Positions 27,027 through 39,765 of a stretch of DNA of 64,000 bases are shown here, piece by piece. The DNA is from Narcine bancroftii. Lineage: Eukaryota. Positions within the stretch are counted from its first letter, which is position 1; every line of letters begins with the position of its first letter. Below the pieces are notes generated by a model. The model saw nothing but the letters and a program-made list of their open reading frames with translations, made no database searches and was not told where the DNA came from. The position numbers were made by a program, and so were the translations under genes. The DNA lies in contig NC_091470.1 of assembly GCF_036971445.1 (NCBI RefSeq), positions 191,332,001 through 191,396,000 of the forward strand. The letters run 5' to 3'.

Positions 27027-27070
27027 CCCAGCAACGGTTGACACATGATGCCCGTGCTATTTGATTGGCT
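27027..27070 (+). promoter_or_regulatory. MHC class II-type X1-X2-Y enhanceosome module (RFX/CREB/NF-Y sites), distal and inverted relative to the beta gene
   Basis: CCCAGCAACGGTTG (X1, compare HLA-DRA CCTAGCAACAGATG), overlapping TGACACA (X2-like), exactly 20 bp of spacer, then TTGATTGGCT (Y, compare CTGATTGGCC). It sits in a non-repeat patch between a Rex1 tail and a small tandem repeat. Confidence 0.65.
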
Positions 27071-27149
27071 AGCGTTCCCCATGTTATTCATCCTGCGGTC
27101 AGAGAGGCTGCGGTCTGTTTCTCTGTTATTTGAAGTTGGGGATTTTCCT

Positions 27150-27390
27150 TCCATCCCCTCCCCCAGTGACCCATCTGGAAGGGTCCTTCTGCCTGCCATT
27201 CCTGAGCACCCTCACTTTCCCCTCCATTGTTCCAGTGACCCATCTGAGCAGTTGCCCTCTGTATTCCAAGCTGTCCATCACCTTCCTTGACTCCCCTCCA
27301 TCCTCCCAGTGACCCATCTGAGCAGATGCACTCTGTATTCAAAACTGTCCACCACCTTCCTGGCATTCCCTTCCACCCTCCCAGTGAGAG
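27150..27390. repeat. Short tandem repeat with cccagtgacccatctg core
   Basis: 3-4 diverged ~70-bp units; another copy of the core at ~28050. Confidence 0.65.
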
Positions 27391-28015
27391 GAGCTGCCCT
27401 GGTCAGATCCTTCTTGTACAACTGGAACATCACCCACAACGCACATTGTCACCAAATCACTGCAGTGGAGTAGAGGCAGTCAACCACCGCTTTGCTGAAT
27501 GCAGATTCGCTAAGAAGGTGTGGAGAGGGTTCTTGTCACAGTTCAACCCCAGCAGCAATGGGGCAGAGGGTTCTCTGATTCCAGGGACTCCCACAGCAAG
27601 ACACCCAGAATTGTTGGAAGACCACCAGCTTGGTGCACTTTGGTCTGTCCGAAACCTGTTGGTGTTTCAGCACACAGAGATGTCGGTGAGGGAGTGCTGC
27701 TGACTGGCACGTCCCAGGCTGCAGGAGTACTTGCGGAGGGACACACAGGCTTGGTGCAGACAACACAAGGGTGCTAGGAGGAAGGGCCACAGTCTAGAGC
27801 CTTCCCCTTGAGGGTCTGAGACCAAAGGGAAGTCCCTCAATCAACAGTGGGGGGGGGAAGAGAAGAAATGACAAAGGGGTAGTAACGGTGTAAACAGAAA
27901 TGAACGTGACAATGTGCAGTGATGGAGACCAAATTAAGAATGTAAAAATACTTTGTACAGTTTTATTTTATGTCAATACTTTATTGTGAATAAAGTTTAT
28001 TTTTGGAAAAAAGGA
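27390..28015 (+). mobile_element. Tx1/L1-type LINE 3' end
   Basis: C..VEAVNH.FAECRFAKKVW and ALWSVRNLLVFQHTEMSVRECC motifs; aataaagtttatttttggaaaaaa tail. Confidence 0.75.
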
Positions 28016-29509
28016 AAATAAATGCAGTCTACCTTCCACTTCCCCCCATTCCCCAGTGACCCATCTGAACAGACCCCCCCAACCTTGGGATCTTCCTCTG
28101 CTCCCTTTACCCATTCCCACTCAATCCCATTCCCCTTCCCATATTGACCTGTGCATCCTGGGCGTTCTCCTCCGCCAGAGTCAATTGAATGAACACCTCG
28201 CATTCTACTACCCAGTGGTGTGAACACAGCATTGTCTAATTTCAAATAGCAAGCCCCCTCCTCTCCCCCTTCTGCACTGGTCAACCCCTGGCCACTTGTC
28301 CTATTGTCAGCAAGTTGTGTTGAATTGTTGTTCATACTATAAACCTTGCAGTGTTCAGTGAAAAATTATAGAGCGTTTCTCCGGACCTTGGATAAATTAC
28401 TGCTCCACCAACCTGTATCTCATTCTCATCCCCCCACTGGATTCTGCTCTGTCTCCACTCCCCCTTTCCCTCAGTTCCATCTGGTCCCTCTTTATACCAC
28501 CACTCTATCTCTGCATCAAATCCCAGCAACGGCAGCCTTTGTCTCTAATGACCCACTGAACCCATGTGTGATTCATCCACCTGTTTTACTTGCCTCCCCC
28601 CCCTCTCCCCCGGTGCATGATGTTTCACCTCTGCCTGGTTCACTGATCCCACCCTGTCCTCTGTACACTGCTCCTACACTACCTTCAGTTCTGATGAAGT
28701 TTTGACTCCAAACGTTGACCCTTCCTTTGTCCCATGTCCTGCAATTGCTCTCTGTCCAGAAATCCATCCATCTGGAACATACTCCTTGACTGAGGCTCCA
28801 TCCCACTAGAAAGGGGTGGGGGGAAGAATTCCAGAGTATCCCCTCCATCGGAAGATATTCCTGCATATGTTGAGGGACCCCGCTGACCCACCCCTATCCC
28901 TGGTTCTGAACAATCTGACAGAGGAAAACCCCTCCCATTCCCCCCAGTTCTGGACACTCTGAAAGAGGAGACATTGGCTTCACTGAGGAGAACCATAGGT
29001 CCAGCCTGGGAAAGTGGGGTCAGTCCTTTTGTCACCTCTCTCCTTCCCCACCTATGATGACTGCACTTTTGCTGCTTCCTGCACCAGGGCACCAGGTACC
29101 TCACCTATGCTGGAATCCTCACCCCCACTCTGTCATCTTGGACTCCTCCTCTACTCCCCAAAGCATTGGTCAGTGGCCAATATCCATCACCAGCCCACAC
29201 CTCAGGCTGGAACCCCCATTCTCTTCTCCCACTGGCTCTAATATGTTTTCCTCCTTGAAGCCTGCTCTCCCCCTTATCACACAAAGCTCTTGACTATGCC
29301 TCTACTCTCAGTACCTCTTCCCCCAGACAGAAGCAGGATAGAAGTCCCCTGGTCCTCACCTTCCACCCACCAGGAAAAAGCTGAACCATTCCCACCATCT
29401 CCAGCTACATTCCTCTCTCTACCCCATTCTCATTGCATTTTCCCTTGGACCACCAGACCCAGGAAGGCATGTCTGCTTCATGACCCAGGCACATAGCATG
29501 TTTTTAGAC

Positions 29510-29726
29510 ATATAACATGGTAACAGGCCATTTTAGCCCACAAACCCATGCCCACAACTTACTCCCAGTTTTGAATGGTGGGTGGAAACCAGAGCCCCTG
29601 GGGAAATTTCTCACAGACACAGGGAGAATGTACAAACTCTTTACATACACCACAGAATTCCAACCCTGTCCCTGATCCATGGCGCTGTAAAGGCATTGTG
29701 CTTACTGCTACGCCAACTATGCACCC
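29510..29726 (-). mobile_element. tRNA-derived V-SINE (HE1-like)
   Basis: A-box-like TTGGCGTAGCAGTAAG, B-box-like GGGTTGGAATTC, and V-domain GAGTTTGTACATTCTCCCTGTGTCTG...CTCTGGTTTCCACCCAC on the minus strand. Confidence 0.8.
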
Positions 29727-30542
29727 TCCCCCCCTACCCACCATGTTGTGTTACACATGGAACACAGTTCTGGTCACCACACCACTGGAGGACATGGAGA
29801 AGACAGAGAAGAGGGGCAGAAAGAGGTGGGGAGGGATGAGTGCACAAGGGAGTCACAGAGGGAGTGGTCCCTGCAGAAGGCCAAGAGGGGAGGAGAAAGG
29901 TGAAAGTTGGCAACAAAATGGGTAATTGATGAGCTCACCATGAGGCAGCAGCGATGCAAGTCCCATTCACACTCATTTAATGCCAGTAATTAACCACCAA
30001 TCTACTAGTTAACATGCCAGTGTGAATGCTCGTGAATCAGCGCACATTTCACCCTGGGGATGGACTGCCTAGCAAGGGTGTAGCATTGCCAATATGTTTT
30101 GAATCAGCGGATTGGTTAGTCCAGTGTGAAAGGACAGGGGGTATCCTGGGACCAATTAGTGATGCGTTAATAACATTCTTGCATGAGTGCAAGAACATGA
30201 AGGAAACAAAAGATTAAAACTTTGTATGAAATTTACTAAACCCTGATCAATGAATTATGAAATTGTAGTTAAACAGAATTGATCATGGCCAATTAAAATG
30301 TAATGAAGCATTCTGTACAGCAGTCTGAGCCCTTCAATCTCTCGTCATGCCGACCGATGCAACTTACTCCAGTATCAGAAAATCGTAGTAGGAATAAAAC
30401 ACATGAATAGAACTGTGAGAAAATATGCGCACAATTTATAAAGGACCGCAGGAAAGTGGCAGCCAGAAAGGAATCCACGCACAATTGGGTACATTCAACA
30501 ATCAAGAATGACACAAAAGGAGGGACAGGGAAAGAGGGGCAA

Positions 30543-31212
30543 GGAGGAGACGGGACCGGGGAGGGGGGGTCCGGAGGAGACGGGACCGGGGAGGGGGGGT
30601 CCGGAGGAGACGGGACCGGGGAGGGGGGGTCCGGAGGAGACGGGACCGGGGAGGGGGGGTCCGGAGGAGACGGGACCGGGGAGGGGGGGTCCGGAGGAGA
30701 CGGGACCGGGGAGGGGGGGTCCGGAGGAGACGGGACCGGGGAGGGGGGGTCCGGAGGAGACGGGACCGGGGAGGGGGGGTCCGGAGGAGACGGGACCGGG
30801 GAGGGGGGGTCCGGAGGAGACGGGACCGGGGAGGGGGGGTCCGGAGGAGACGGGACCGGGGAGGGGGGGTCCGGAGGAGACGGGACCGGGGAGGGGGGGT
30901 CCGGAGGAGACGGGACCGGGGAGGGGGGGTCCGGAGGAGACGGGACCGGGGAGGGGGGGTCCGGAGGAGACGGGACCGGGGAGGGGGGGTCCGGAGGAGA
31001 CGGGACCGGGGAGGGGGGGTCCGGAGGAGACGGGACCGGGGAGGGGGGGTCCGGAGGAGACGGGACCGGGGAGGGGGGGTCCGGAGGAGACGGGACCGGG
31101 GAGGGGGGGACCGGGGAGGGGGGGTCCGGAGGAGACGGGACCGGGGAGGGGGGGTCCGGAGGAGACGGGACCGGGGAGGGGGGGTCCGGAGGAGACGGGA
31201 CCGGGGAGGGGG
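30543..31212. repeat. 30-bp G-rich VNTR (ggaggagacgggaccggggagggggggtcc), ~22 copies
   Basis: 18 identical units at 30543-31082, one unit with a 15-bp internal duplication, then further units. Confidence 0.98.
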
Positions 31213-31259
31213 AAGGTGGGCTAGAGACAGAGGTGAAAGAGACAGAGTGTGGGTCGGCA

Positions 31260-32500
31260 AGGAACTAACTGCCAATTCCTTTAAACTTGTATCCCAGTGT
31301 ACGTTGCCTCTCTGCACAGGATGGAGGTGTTTCTCTGCCATGTGGAATTCTGGAATGGTAGGTCCACCATCGCTCATTGCGTCACTGGGACATAACCAGT
31401 GGAGGATAAGCACCCCACTGTTCTGGTACACCAGGTCATGAGTGTTAATTGGTCCAGTGTCAACAGCAAAAATGGCCTCTTGAACCAGTTCGTTCAACAG
31501 CCATTTTACTGATTAACCAAAGTGAAAAAGTCTGTTGCCATCAATGTAGCGATGGAAAAGTTGTGGAGCCTTGCAACATGGATTGGCAAACATAGCAAAC
31601 AAAAAGACAGACATAGCTGGGACCCATGCTTGCACCTGACTTGCAGAAAGTGGGATGAGTCAAAGGACAAGTTGCATGGGCAGACCACAGTGGTGGAAGA
31701 GGGGGATTGGTTCAGTCTGTTATTAAAACAAAGACACACCTTCTTTATAGGGGAACTGAACGTTCAGGTAAAAATGAGGCAGTCCTGCCCAGGGAAATGG
31801 AAGATGCCAGTGAGGAAGAGAAGGGACTGGTTGGAGGGACGAATTGAGTCGAGGAATGACGATACTCATTTGGTGGGGTAGGAGCACGTGGAAGCAATGG
31901 GTTCAGCAAGGCAGTTGGGTTTGTGGATCTTCGGTAGGAGGTAGAACTAGGCAGTGTCAGGTTGGAGGCTGTGGAATGGAAGTGATGAGGTCAGAGATGG
32001 TGCAGAGACAGAGCCTTCATGTTTCTTTGTGGGATCTTGTTCAAGAGGTGATTAAAAGATGTCTGAGAGCTGTTGTCTGGCCTCGGCAAGGTAAAGATCA
32101 GTGCTCCAGATCATAGCAGCACTGCCCAAGTCTGTCATTTTGATAAGGTTGGGATTGGTGCAGGGAGAATGGAGGGCACAGAATTCCCTGAGGGTGAGAT
32201 TACAATAATTGAGGGGAAGAGGTGAAATTAAGACTATTAATGTCTTGGCAGCAGTTGGAAATGAACAGATCCAGAGTGGGCAAAAGGCTGGAAGGAGGTG
32301 TCCAAGAGGAGGGAGTCCTCAACTGGGGATGGAGAATCCAGGGGAAGTGAACACTGAGACAGAGAAAGGGTTTGGCAATGTGGCATGCGTAGAACTCATT
32401 GAGGTGTGGGTGCAGGGGGATGAAGGAGAGGCCTTTATGGAGCAGAATGTTCCATTTTCAAGAAGACAAGGTCAGAGGGGATAACAAAATCAGGCAGGGG
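31260..32500 (-). mobile_element. Old Penelope-like element RT remnant
   Basis: NLTL.E.CALHS.CTNPNL...AAMIWSTDLYLAEARQQLSD and CNLSFDSSHFLQ motifs. Confidence 0.7.
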
Positions 32501-33756
32501 TTAGAGTGTGGGTCATTAGGGTGGAAAGGATTGGGGGAGGGTTGATAGGGTCAGAGAGGGAGGGGGGGTATTTAAATACACAAGGCAGAGAAGGATACAG
32601 TGCCAATATGGGCAGATGGGATATCTGTGGAGGGGAATAAAGATCAGGCTGGATCTTTCAGCTGAAGGACCCAGTTCTATCAAGATGAAAGCCCTCCCAC
32701 CAACCAGGGTCCCACACAATCTTCCCAGCTGACCCAATGGACTTTATTCAGTGCAGTTTCCTCTACACTGGAGAGAACAGCACAGGGTGGGTGAACACTT
32801 GCAGAGAATCCTATCTAGTTACGTCCCTTTAACCTGATTCCTCTTCCACTGACAGATCGATTGGGACTGTTCCAGTGGGGTCACCATCAGGGTGAGGAAC
32901 ATCACTCAACCTTGATCCAAATACATTTCAGTCTTCACTCTCAATATGAATTCAGAAAATCCACTTTCTCTCCATCTGAACAGCTATTCTGCTGTTGATC
33001 ATCTAACATTTATTCACCGTACACTGTCTGACCTGCTCAGTGTTTCCAGCATTTTGTTTCCATCCCTGCAAATTGTGGAATGGAGGGGATTCGGAGAGGG
33101 TTACCCGCATTCGGAAAAGGCAAGGACAGAGTAAATTACTTTCATTTTAACTTCGACACATGCGTGGTAACAGGCCTTTCTAACCCACGAGCCCATGCTG
33201 CCCAAATACACCAATTAACTTTCCCAACCCCCAGACCATAGAAAACTATAGCACAGGAAACAGGCCATTTATCCCTTCAAGTTTAGAAGCAACATGAGAG
33301 GAAGATTCTTCACTCAGAGTGGTGGCAGAGTGGAATGACCTTCTGGAAGAGGTGGTTGCAGCAGGGTCAATTTTGTCATTTAAGAGAAGGTTGGATGAGT
33401 GCATGGATGTGAGGGGATTGGAGGGTTATGGGCAGGTAGCAGATAGGTGGGACTAGTGCAGTTCACTTAAAAATTGGTGTGGACTAGAGGGGCCAAGATG
33501 GTCTGTTCCAATATTGTAATTGTTATATGGTTATAGTCTGTGCTGAAAATATCATAGTGCTAGTTCCCTTGACCCTCCAGACCTTTCCCAGCTATGTATC
33601 TATCCAGTTTATATATAAAACTTAAGAGTGAGCCTGCATTTACCATATCAGATGGCAACTATTCCATATTCCCATCACGGAGTGGAAAAGTTCACAGTAA
33701 TGTTCCCCTAAACCTTTCCCCTTTCACTCTTGAGCCATGTCCTCTCATATTTATCT

Positions 33757-35702
33757 CTTCTTTCTTTGGCTTGGCTTAACGGACGAAGATTTATGGAGGG
33801 GTAATGTCCAAGTCAGCTGCAGGCTCGTTTGTGGCTGACAAGTTCAATGTGGGACAGGCAGACACGGTTGCAGCGGTTGCAAGGGAAAATTGGTTGGTTG
33901 GGATTGGGTGTTGGGCTTTTCCTCCTTTGTCTTTTGTCAGTGAGGTGGGCTTTGCAGTCTTCTTCAAAGAAGTTTGCTGCCCGCCGAACTGTGAGGCGCC
34001 AAGATGCACGGTTTGAGGCGATATCAGCCCACTGGCAGTGGTCAATGTGGCAGGCACCAAGAGATTTCTTTAGGCAGTCCTTGTACCTCTTCTTTGGTGC
34101 ACCTCTGTCTCGGTGGCCAGTAGAGAGCTCACCATATAACAAGATCTTGGGAAGGCGATGGTCCTCCATTCTGGAGATGTAACCTACCCAGCGCAGTTGG
34201 ATCTTCAGCAGCGTGGATTCGATGCTGTCGGCCTCTGCCATCTCGAGTACTTCGATGTTGGTGATGAAGTTGCTCCAATGAATGTTGAGGATGGAGCTGA
34301 GACAACGCTGGTGGAAGCATTCTAGGAGCCATAGGTGATGCCGGTAGAGGACTCATGATTCGGAGCCGAACAGGAGTGTGGGTATGACAACGGCTCTGTA
34401 TACGCTAATCTTTGTGATGTTTTTCAGTTGGTTGCTTTTCCAGACTCTTTTGTGTAGTCTTCGAAAGGCACTATTTGCCTTGGCGAGTCTGTTGTCTATC
34501 TCGTTATCGATCCTTGCATCCGATGAAATGGTGCAGCCGAGATAGGTAAACTGGTTGACCGTTTTGAGTTCTGTGTGCCCGATGGAGATGTGGGGGGGCT
34601 GGTAGTCATGGTGGGGAGCTGGCTGATGGATGATCTCAGTTTTCTTCAGGCTGACTCCAGGCCAAACATTTTGGCAGTTTCCGCAAAACAGGACGTCAAG
34701 CGCTGAATGGGCAACTAAAGTGGCATCAACTGCAAAGAGTAGTTCACGGACGAGTTGCTCTTGTGTCTTGGTGTGAGCTTGCAGGCGCCTCAGATTGAAG
34801 AGACTGCCATCCTTGCAGTACCAGATGTAAACAGCGTCTTCATTGTTGACATCTTTCATGGCTTGTTTCAGCATCATGCTGAAGAAGATTGAAAAGAGGG
34901 TTGGTGTGAGATCGCAGCCTTGCTTCATGCCATTGTTAATGGAGAAGGGTTCAGAGAGCTCATTGCTGTATCTGACCCGACCTTGTTGGTTTTCGTGCAG
35001 ATGGATAACCATGTTGAGGAACTTTGGGGGGCATCCAAGGCGCTCTAGTATTTGCCAAAGCCCTTTCCTGCTCACGGTGTCGAAGGCTTTTGATGAGGTC
35101 AACAAAGGTGATGTAGAGTCCTTTGTTTTGTTCTCTGCACTTTTCTTGGAGCTGTCTGAGGGCAAAGACCATGTCAGTAGTTTCTCTGTTTCCGCAAAAG
35201 CCGCACTGTGATTCTGAGAGAACATTTTCGGCGACACTAGGTATTATTCTATTTAGGAGAATCCTAGCGAAGATTTTGCCTGCAATGGAGAGTAGCGTGA
35301 TTCCCCTGTAGTTTGAGGAGTCTGATTTCTCGCCTTTTTTGTGCAGGTTGATGATGATGGCATCACATAGGTCCTGAGGCAGCTTTCCTTGGTCCCAGCA
35401 AAGCTTGAAAAACTCATGCAGTTTGGCATGCAGAATTTTGCCACCAACCTTCCAGACCTCTGGGGGGGATTCCATCCATACCTGCTGCTTTGCCACTTTT
35501 CAGTTGTTCAATTGCCTTGTATGTCTCTTCCCGGATGAGGGCCTCATCCAGCTCTAGCCTTAAGGGCTGTTGATGGAGCTGGAGCAGGGCAGATTCTTGG
35601 ACTGAGTGGTTGGCACTGAAAAGAGATTGAAAGTGTTCTGATCATCGGTTGAGGATGGAGATCTTGTCACTGAGGAGGACTTTGCCTTCTGAGCTGCGCA
35701 GC
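33757..35702 (-). mobile_element. RTE-clade LINE, 5'-truncated, inserted in a CR1 tail
   Basis: NYRGITLLSIAGKIFARI, KQGC.LTPTLFSIFF, LRWVGYISRMEDHRLPK, C-terminal CNRCNRVC; CCAAGCCAAAG tail. Confidence 0.95.
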
Positions 35703-36710
35703 AGCTGTCCTAATTTCAGTGGAAAGACCCTACTTGCATTTACTCTGTCTATATCCCTCAATCTTCTAAACCTCTATTCCTTGGAATGTAGAAGAATGAG
35801 GGAGCTTTGATAAAGTCCTAAGCCATTTCATCTTTCCTTGTAACTCAACTCCTGAAGACCCAGCAACTTCCTAGTAAATCTTCTCTGCACTTTTTCAATC
35901 TTACTGATATCCTTCTTGTAGTTTGGTGACCAGAACTGCACACAATATTCCAAAGTTCACCATCAATTTCTTATACAACCTCACCTTAAGATCCTAACAT
36001 GTACTCAACTTTGATTTATAAAGGCCAAAATGCTGAAAACTTTACCACTCTGTCCACCTGCAACACCACCTTCACGGAATAATGTATATTTATTCTCAGA
36101 TCTTGCTGCTCCTTGACATTCCTCAGTATTTATCCTTCCAAAATGCAACACCTCACACTTGTCTGCATTAAATTCCATCTGCCACTTTCTCACCCATTTT
36201 TCCAGTTGGGCCAGATCCCTCTTCCAGCTTTAAAAACCTTCCTTGCTGTCCACAACACCACTCGTCTTTGTGTCATCAGCAAACTTGCGGATCCAATTGA
36301 CCACATTATCATCCAGATAATTGATATATACAACAAACAGTTCCAGCACCGATCCCCAACAGGCCTCCAGACTGAGAAGCAACCATCCACTACCACTCTG
36401 TCTTCTCCCATTCAGCAAATTTCAAACCCAGATTACAACCTCTTCATGGATACCTCGTGTCCGAACCTTCTGAATTAACTTCCCATTTGGGACCTTGTCC
36501 ATGTAGACATCATCTACCTTCTTGGTAACCTCCTCGAAAAACTCTACAAGATTTGTTAAACACAACCTACCACGCACAAATGATTGTCCTTAATCAGTCC
36601 TGGACTGTCCAAATACTTGTATACCTGATCTCTCAGAACACCCTCCAATAATTTACCTACAACTGACATCAGGCTTATCAGTCTGTAATTTCCTGGTTTA
36701 CTTCTTGAAG
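35703..36710 (-). mobile_element. CR1 LINE fragment
   Basis: PGNYRLISLMSVVGKLLE, KFADDTK, WQMEFNADKCEVLHFG motifs. Confidence 0.85.
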
Positions 36711-37194
36711 GGTGGGAGAGAGAGGTAGGGAAAGTCCCAGGCCAAGAGGACATGGGCAGATTGGGTGTTAAGAGGTCCTAGTCTGAGGGAGGCAGGATGG
36801 GAGATTCCAAGGGTTGCACTCCATGCTCCTCCCCCATACCAGTGACCGGGATATTGCCCCCCAGGGCAAGGCTGTTGAATTGGTGAATTTGTATCACTGT
36901 TGCTGTTAATCTAATGTTCCAGCAAGAAGATTCCCAGTGCATCTGTGCTTTGCATTTGTGTGTGTAACAAACTCTCACTTCATTGCAGAGACTGGAGTCA
37001 AGGAGCACCTCCAGCAGCAGTGATCACAGCTCCCTAGGCCCCTGTGTCTGGATGGCAAGTGGGAGGGGGCAGAATGTAAACATCCCCACGCCCCCCCCAC
37101 CTGACTCAGGGCAGAGCTGGCACAAAACGAGTCCATCGGATTTCCCAGGCTGTCGACATTAGAATCTGACCCCTTGAGGACCAGACATCCATGC

Positions 37195-38224
37195 ACCCCC
37201 CCTCTCTCCTGCCCCCCAGAGCACCCACCTCTCTCCTCCTCCCCCCCCCCAGGGCACCCACCTCTCTCCTCCTCCCCCCCCCCAGGGCACCCACCTCTCT
37301 CCTCCTCCCCCCCCAGGGCACCCACCTCTCTCCTCCTCCTCCCCCCCCCCAGGGCACCCACCTCTCTCCTCCTCCCCCCCAGAGCACCCACCTCTCTCCT
37401 CCTCCTCCCCCCCCAGGGCACCCACCTTCTCTCCTCCTCCTCCTCCCCCCCCAGNNNNNNNNNNNNNNNNNNNNNNNNNNNNNNNNNNNNNNNNNNNNNN
37501 NNNNNNNNNNNNNNNNNNNNNNNNNNNNNNNNNNNNNNNNNNNNNNNNNNNNNNNNNNNNNNNNNNNNNNNNNNNNNNNNNNNNNNCTCTCCTCCTCCTC
37601 CTCCCCCCCCCAGGGCACCCACCTTCTCTCCCTCCTCCTCCCTCCCCCCCCCCAGGGCACCCACCTTCTCTCCTCCTCCTCCTCCCCCCCCCAGGGCACC
37701 CACCTTCTCTCCTCCTCCTCCTCCCCCCCCAGGGCACCCACCTTCTCTCCTCCTCCTCCTCCCCCCCCAGGGCACCCACCTTCTCTCCTCCTCCTCCTCC
37801 CCCCCCCAGGGCACCCACCTTCTCTCCTCCTCCTCCTCCTCCCCCCCCAGGGCACCCACCTTCTCTCCTCCTCCTCCTCCCCCCCCCAGGGCACCCACCT
37901 TCTCTCCTCCTCCTCCTCCCCCCCCAGGGCACCCACCTTCTCTCCTCCTCGCTCCTCCCCCCCCAGGGCACCCACCTTCTCTCCTCCTCCTCCTCCTCCC
38001 CCCCCAGGGCACCCACCTTCTCTCCTCCTCCTCCTCCCCCCCCAGGGCACCCACCTTCTCTCCTCCTCCTCCTCCCCCCCCAGGGCACCCACCTTCTCTC
38101 CTCCTCCTCCTCCCCCCCCAGGGCACCCACCTTCTCTCCTCCTCCTCCTCCCCCCCCAGGGCACCTCACCTTCTCTCCTCCTCCTCCTCCCCCCCCAGGG
38201 CACCCACCTTCTCTCCTCCTCCTA
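37195..38224. repeat. ~35-42-bp polypyrimidine minisatellite CCAGGGCACCCACCTTCTCT(CCT)nCCCCCC, broken by N gaps
   Basis: About 20 visible units; gaps at 37455-37586 and 38225-38423. Confidence 0.95.
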
Positions 38225-38423
38225 NNNNNNNNNNNNNNNNNNNNNNNNNNNNNNNNNNNNNNNNNNNNNNNNNNNNNNNNNNNNNNNNNNNNNNNNNNNN
38301 NNNNNNNNNNNNNNNNNNNNNNNNNNNNNNNNNNNNNNNNNNNNNNNNNNNNNNNNNNNNNNNNNNNNNNNNNNNNNNNNNNNNNNNNNNNNNNNNNNNN
38401 NNNNNNNNNNNNNNNNNNNNNNN

Positions 38424-39765
38424 NTCTCTCACCTGCTGAGCTGGAGGTTCCACTTGCTTGAAAAGGGCATCAAAAAATCACAGTGCCCAACAGCAGAGTG
38501 AGCTGCCTCAATGACCATCACCCAGTTACACTCACATTTACTGTGACAAAATGTTTTTTTTGAGATAGGTATGTGGTAATTCTGGCCATGACCAAGGAAA
38601 AGTCTGGACCACTGCAATTCGCCTACCATCACAAATCACTCCATAGTAGATGCAGTATCACTGGCTCTCCCCCCCTTCTTCTGGATCAGCTTGACAACAC
38701 CAACTCATAACATGCAGCTGATCTTCATCAACTACAGCTCACCCTTCAACATCATTATTCCCTCATTGCTGGTCAACAATCTCAACTCCAGGCCTCTGCA
38801 TTCACCTCTGCCACTGGATCCTTAACTTCCTAATCGGAAGACTAGTCAGCATGAATTGGAAACAAATTCTCCTCCTCACTGATTATTAACACAAGTGCAC
38901 CCCAAGGATACGTGCTTAGCCCACTGCTCTACCCATTATACACCCACGACTGTGTGGCCAGGCACAATTCCAATGCTATCTGCAAATTTGCCAACGACAT
39001 GGACATTTGTCAGCAGAATGACAACATACAAGGAGAGAGATCAACTCATCGAAAGGTGTCACAACAACCTCGCGCTCAACGTCAGCAAAACCAACTAGAT
39101 GAATTGTGGTCTTCAGGAGGAAATCAGGAGAACGTGATCTATCCTCATAGAGGGGTCAGCAATGGAGAGGGTCAAGAACTTCAAATTCCTGGAGTTGATA
39201 TCTGAAAATCTGTCCTCGAGCCTCCATGTCGATGCAATCACAAAGAAGGCTCACCAGTATATATTTTTGTGAGGTGTCTGAGGGGATTCGGTATGTCACC
39301 GAAGCCACTTGCAAATTTCTACATTTGGACCGTGGAGAGCATTCTGGCTGGTTGCATCTGGTATGGAGATGCCAACACTCAGGACAGGAAAACCTCCAGA
39401 GGGCTATTAACTCAGCCTGTGACAATCACAAGCACCAGACCTTCACTCCATTGAGGACATCTACACGAGGTGATGTGTAAAGAAATTTAAAAAAGCAGCC
39501 TCTATTCTCAAAGACCCCCCACCACCCAGGCCATGCCCTCTTCACTCTGCTACCATCAGAAATCTAAAGACGAGCACTTAGTGGCACAAGGACAGCTTCT
39601 TCCCTTCTGCCATCAGATTTCTGAATGAACCGCAGACTCACTTTGCTTTTGTTCTTGCAGAATTTTTATTTATTTTTTTAAGGTGGTTCATATGAATGTT
39701 TGCACTGTGAAGCTGCCACAAAACAATGAATTTTGAGACATGTTCATAACAATAAATTCAGATTC
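38424..39765 (+). mobile_element. Rex1/Babar LINE RT and 3' end
   Basis: VSCLND..PV.LT, LSPLLY.LYTHDCVARHNSNAICKFA and ESILAGCI motifs. Confidence 0.85.

Noticed and set aside
27081-27140. Possible first exon (MLFILRSERLRSVSLLFE) after the X-Y module
   Set aside because: The ATG is only 10 bp from the Y box, it is not a signal peptide, the donor is weak, and I found no class II alpha exons downstream.
28522-28565. X-like CCCAGCAACGGCAG
   Set aside because: No ATTGG at the required distance; lies in a Penelope-type tail.
28690-28720. Hammerhead-ribozyme-like core CTGATGA...CAAAC in a Penelope-type tail
   Set aside because: The catalytic GAAA is mutated to CAAA and the stems are degenerate; at most a fossil.
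29685-29726. tRNA gene
   Set aside because: The A/B boxes belong to a decayed V-SINE head; no cloverleaf.
30068-30117. Second X-like (CCTAGCAAG) and Y-like (CGGATTGGTT) pair
   Set aside because: The spacer is 26 bp, off the 19-21 bp geometry, and there is no X2.
30456-31497. ([10 protein letters not shown])n, ([10 protein letters not shown])n and Pro/Arg-rich ORFs
   Set aside because: Stop-free 30-bp VNTR; perfect nucleotide identity with no synonymous variation argues against coding.
36970-37070. Possible plus-strand exon after ttcattgcAG
   Set aside because: No recognisable product, no convincing donor and no partner exons.
36975-38501. 330-436-aa ORFs on both strands
   Set aside because: Low-complexity repeat plus N gaps read as X.
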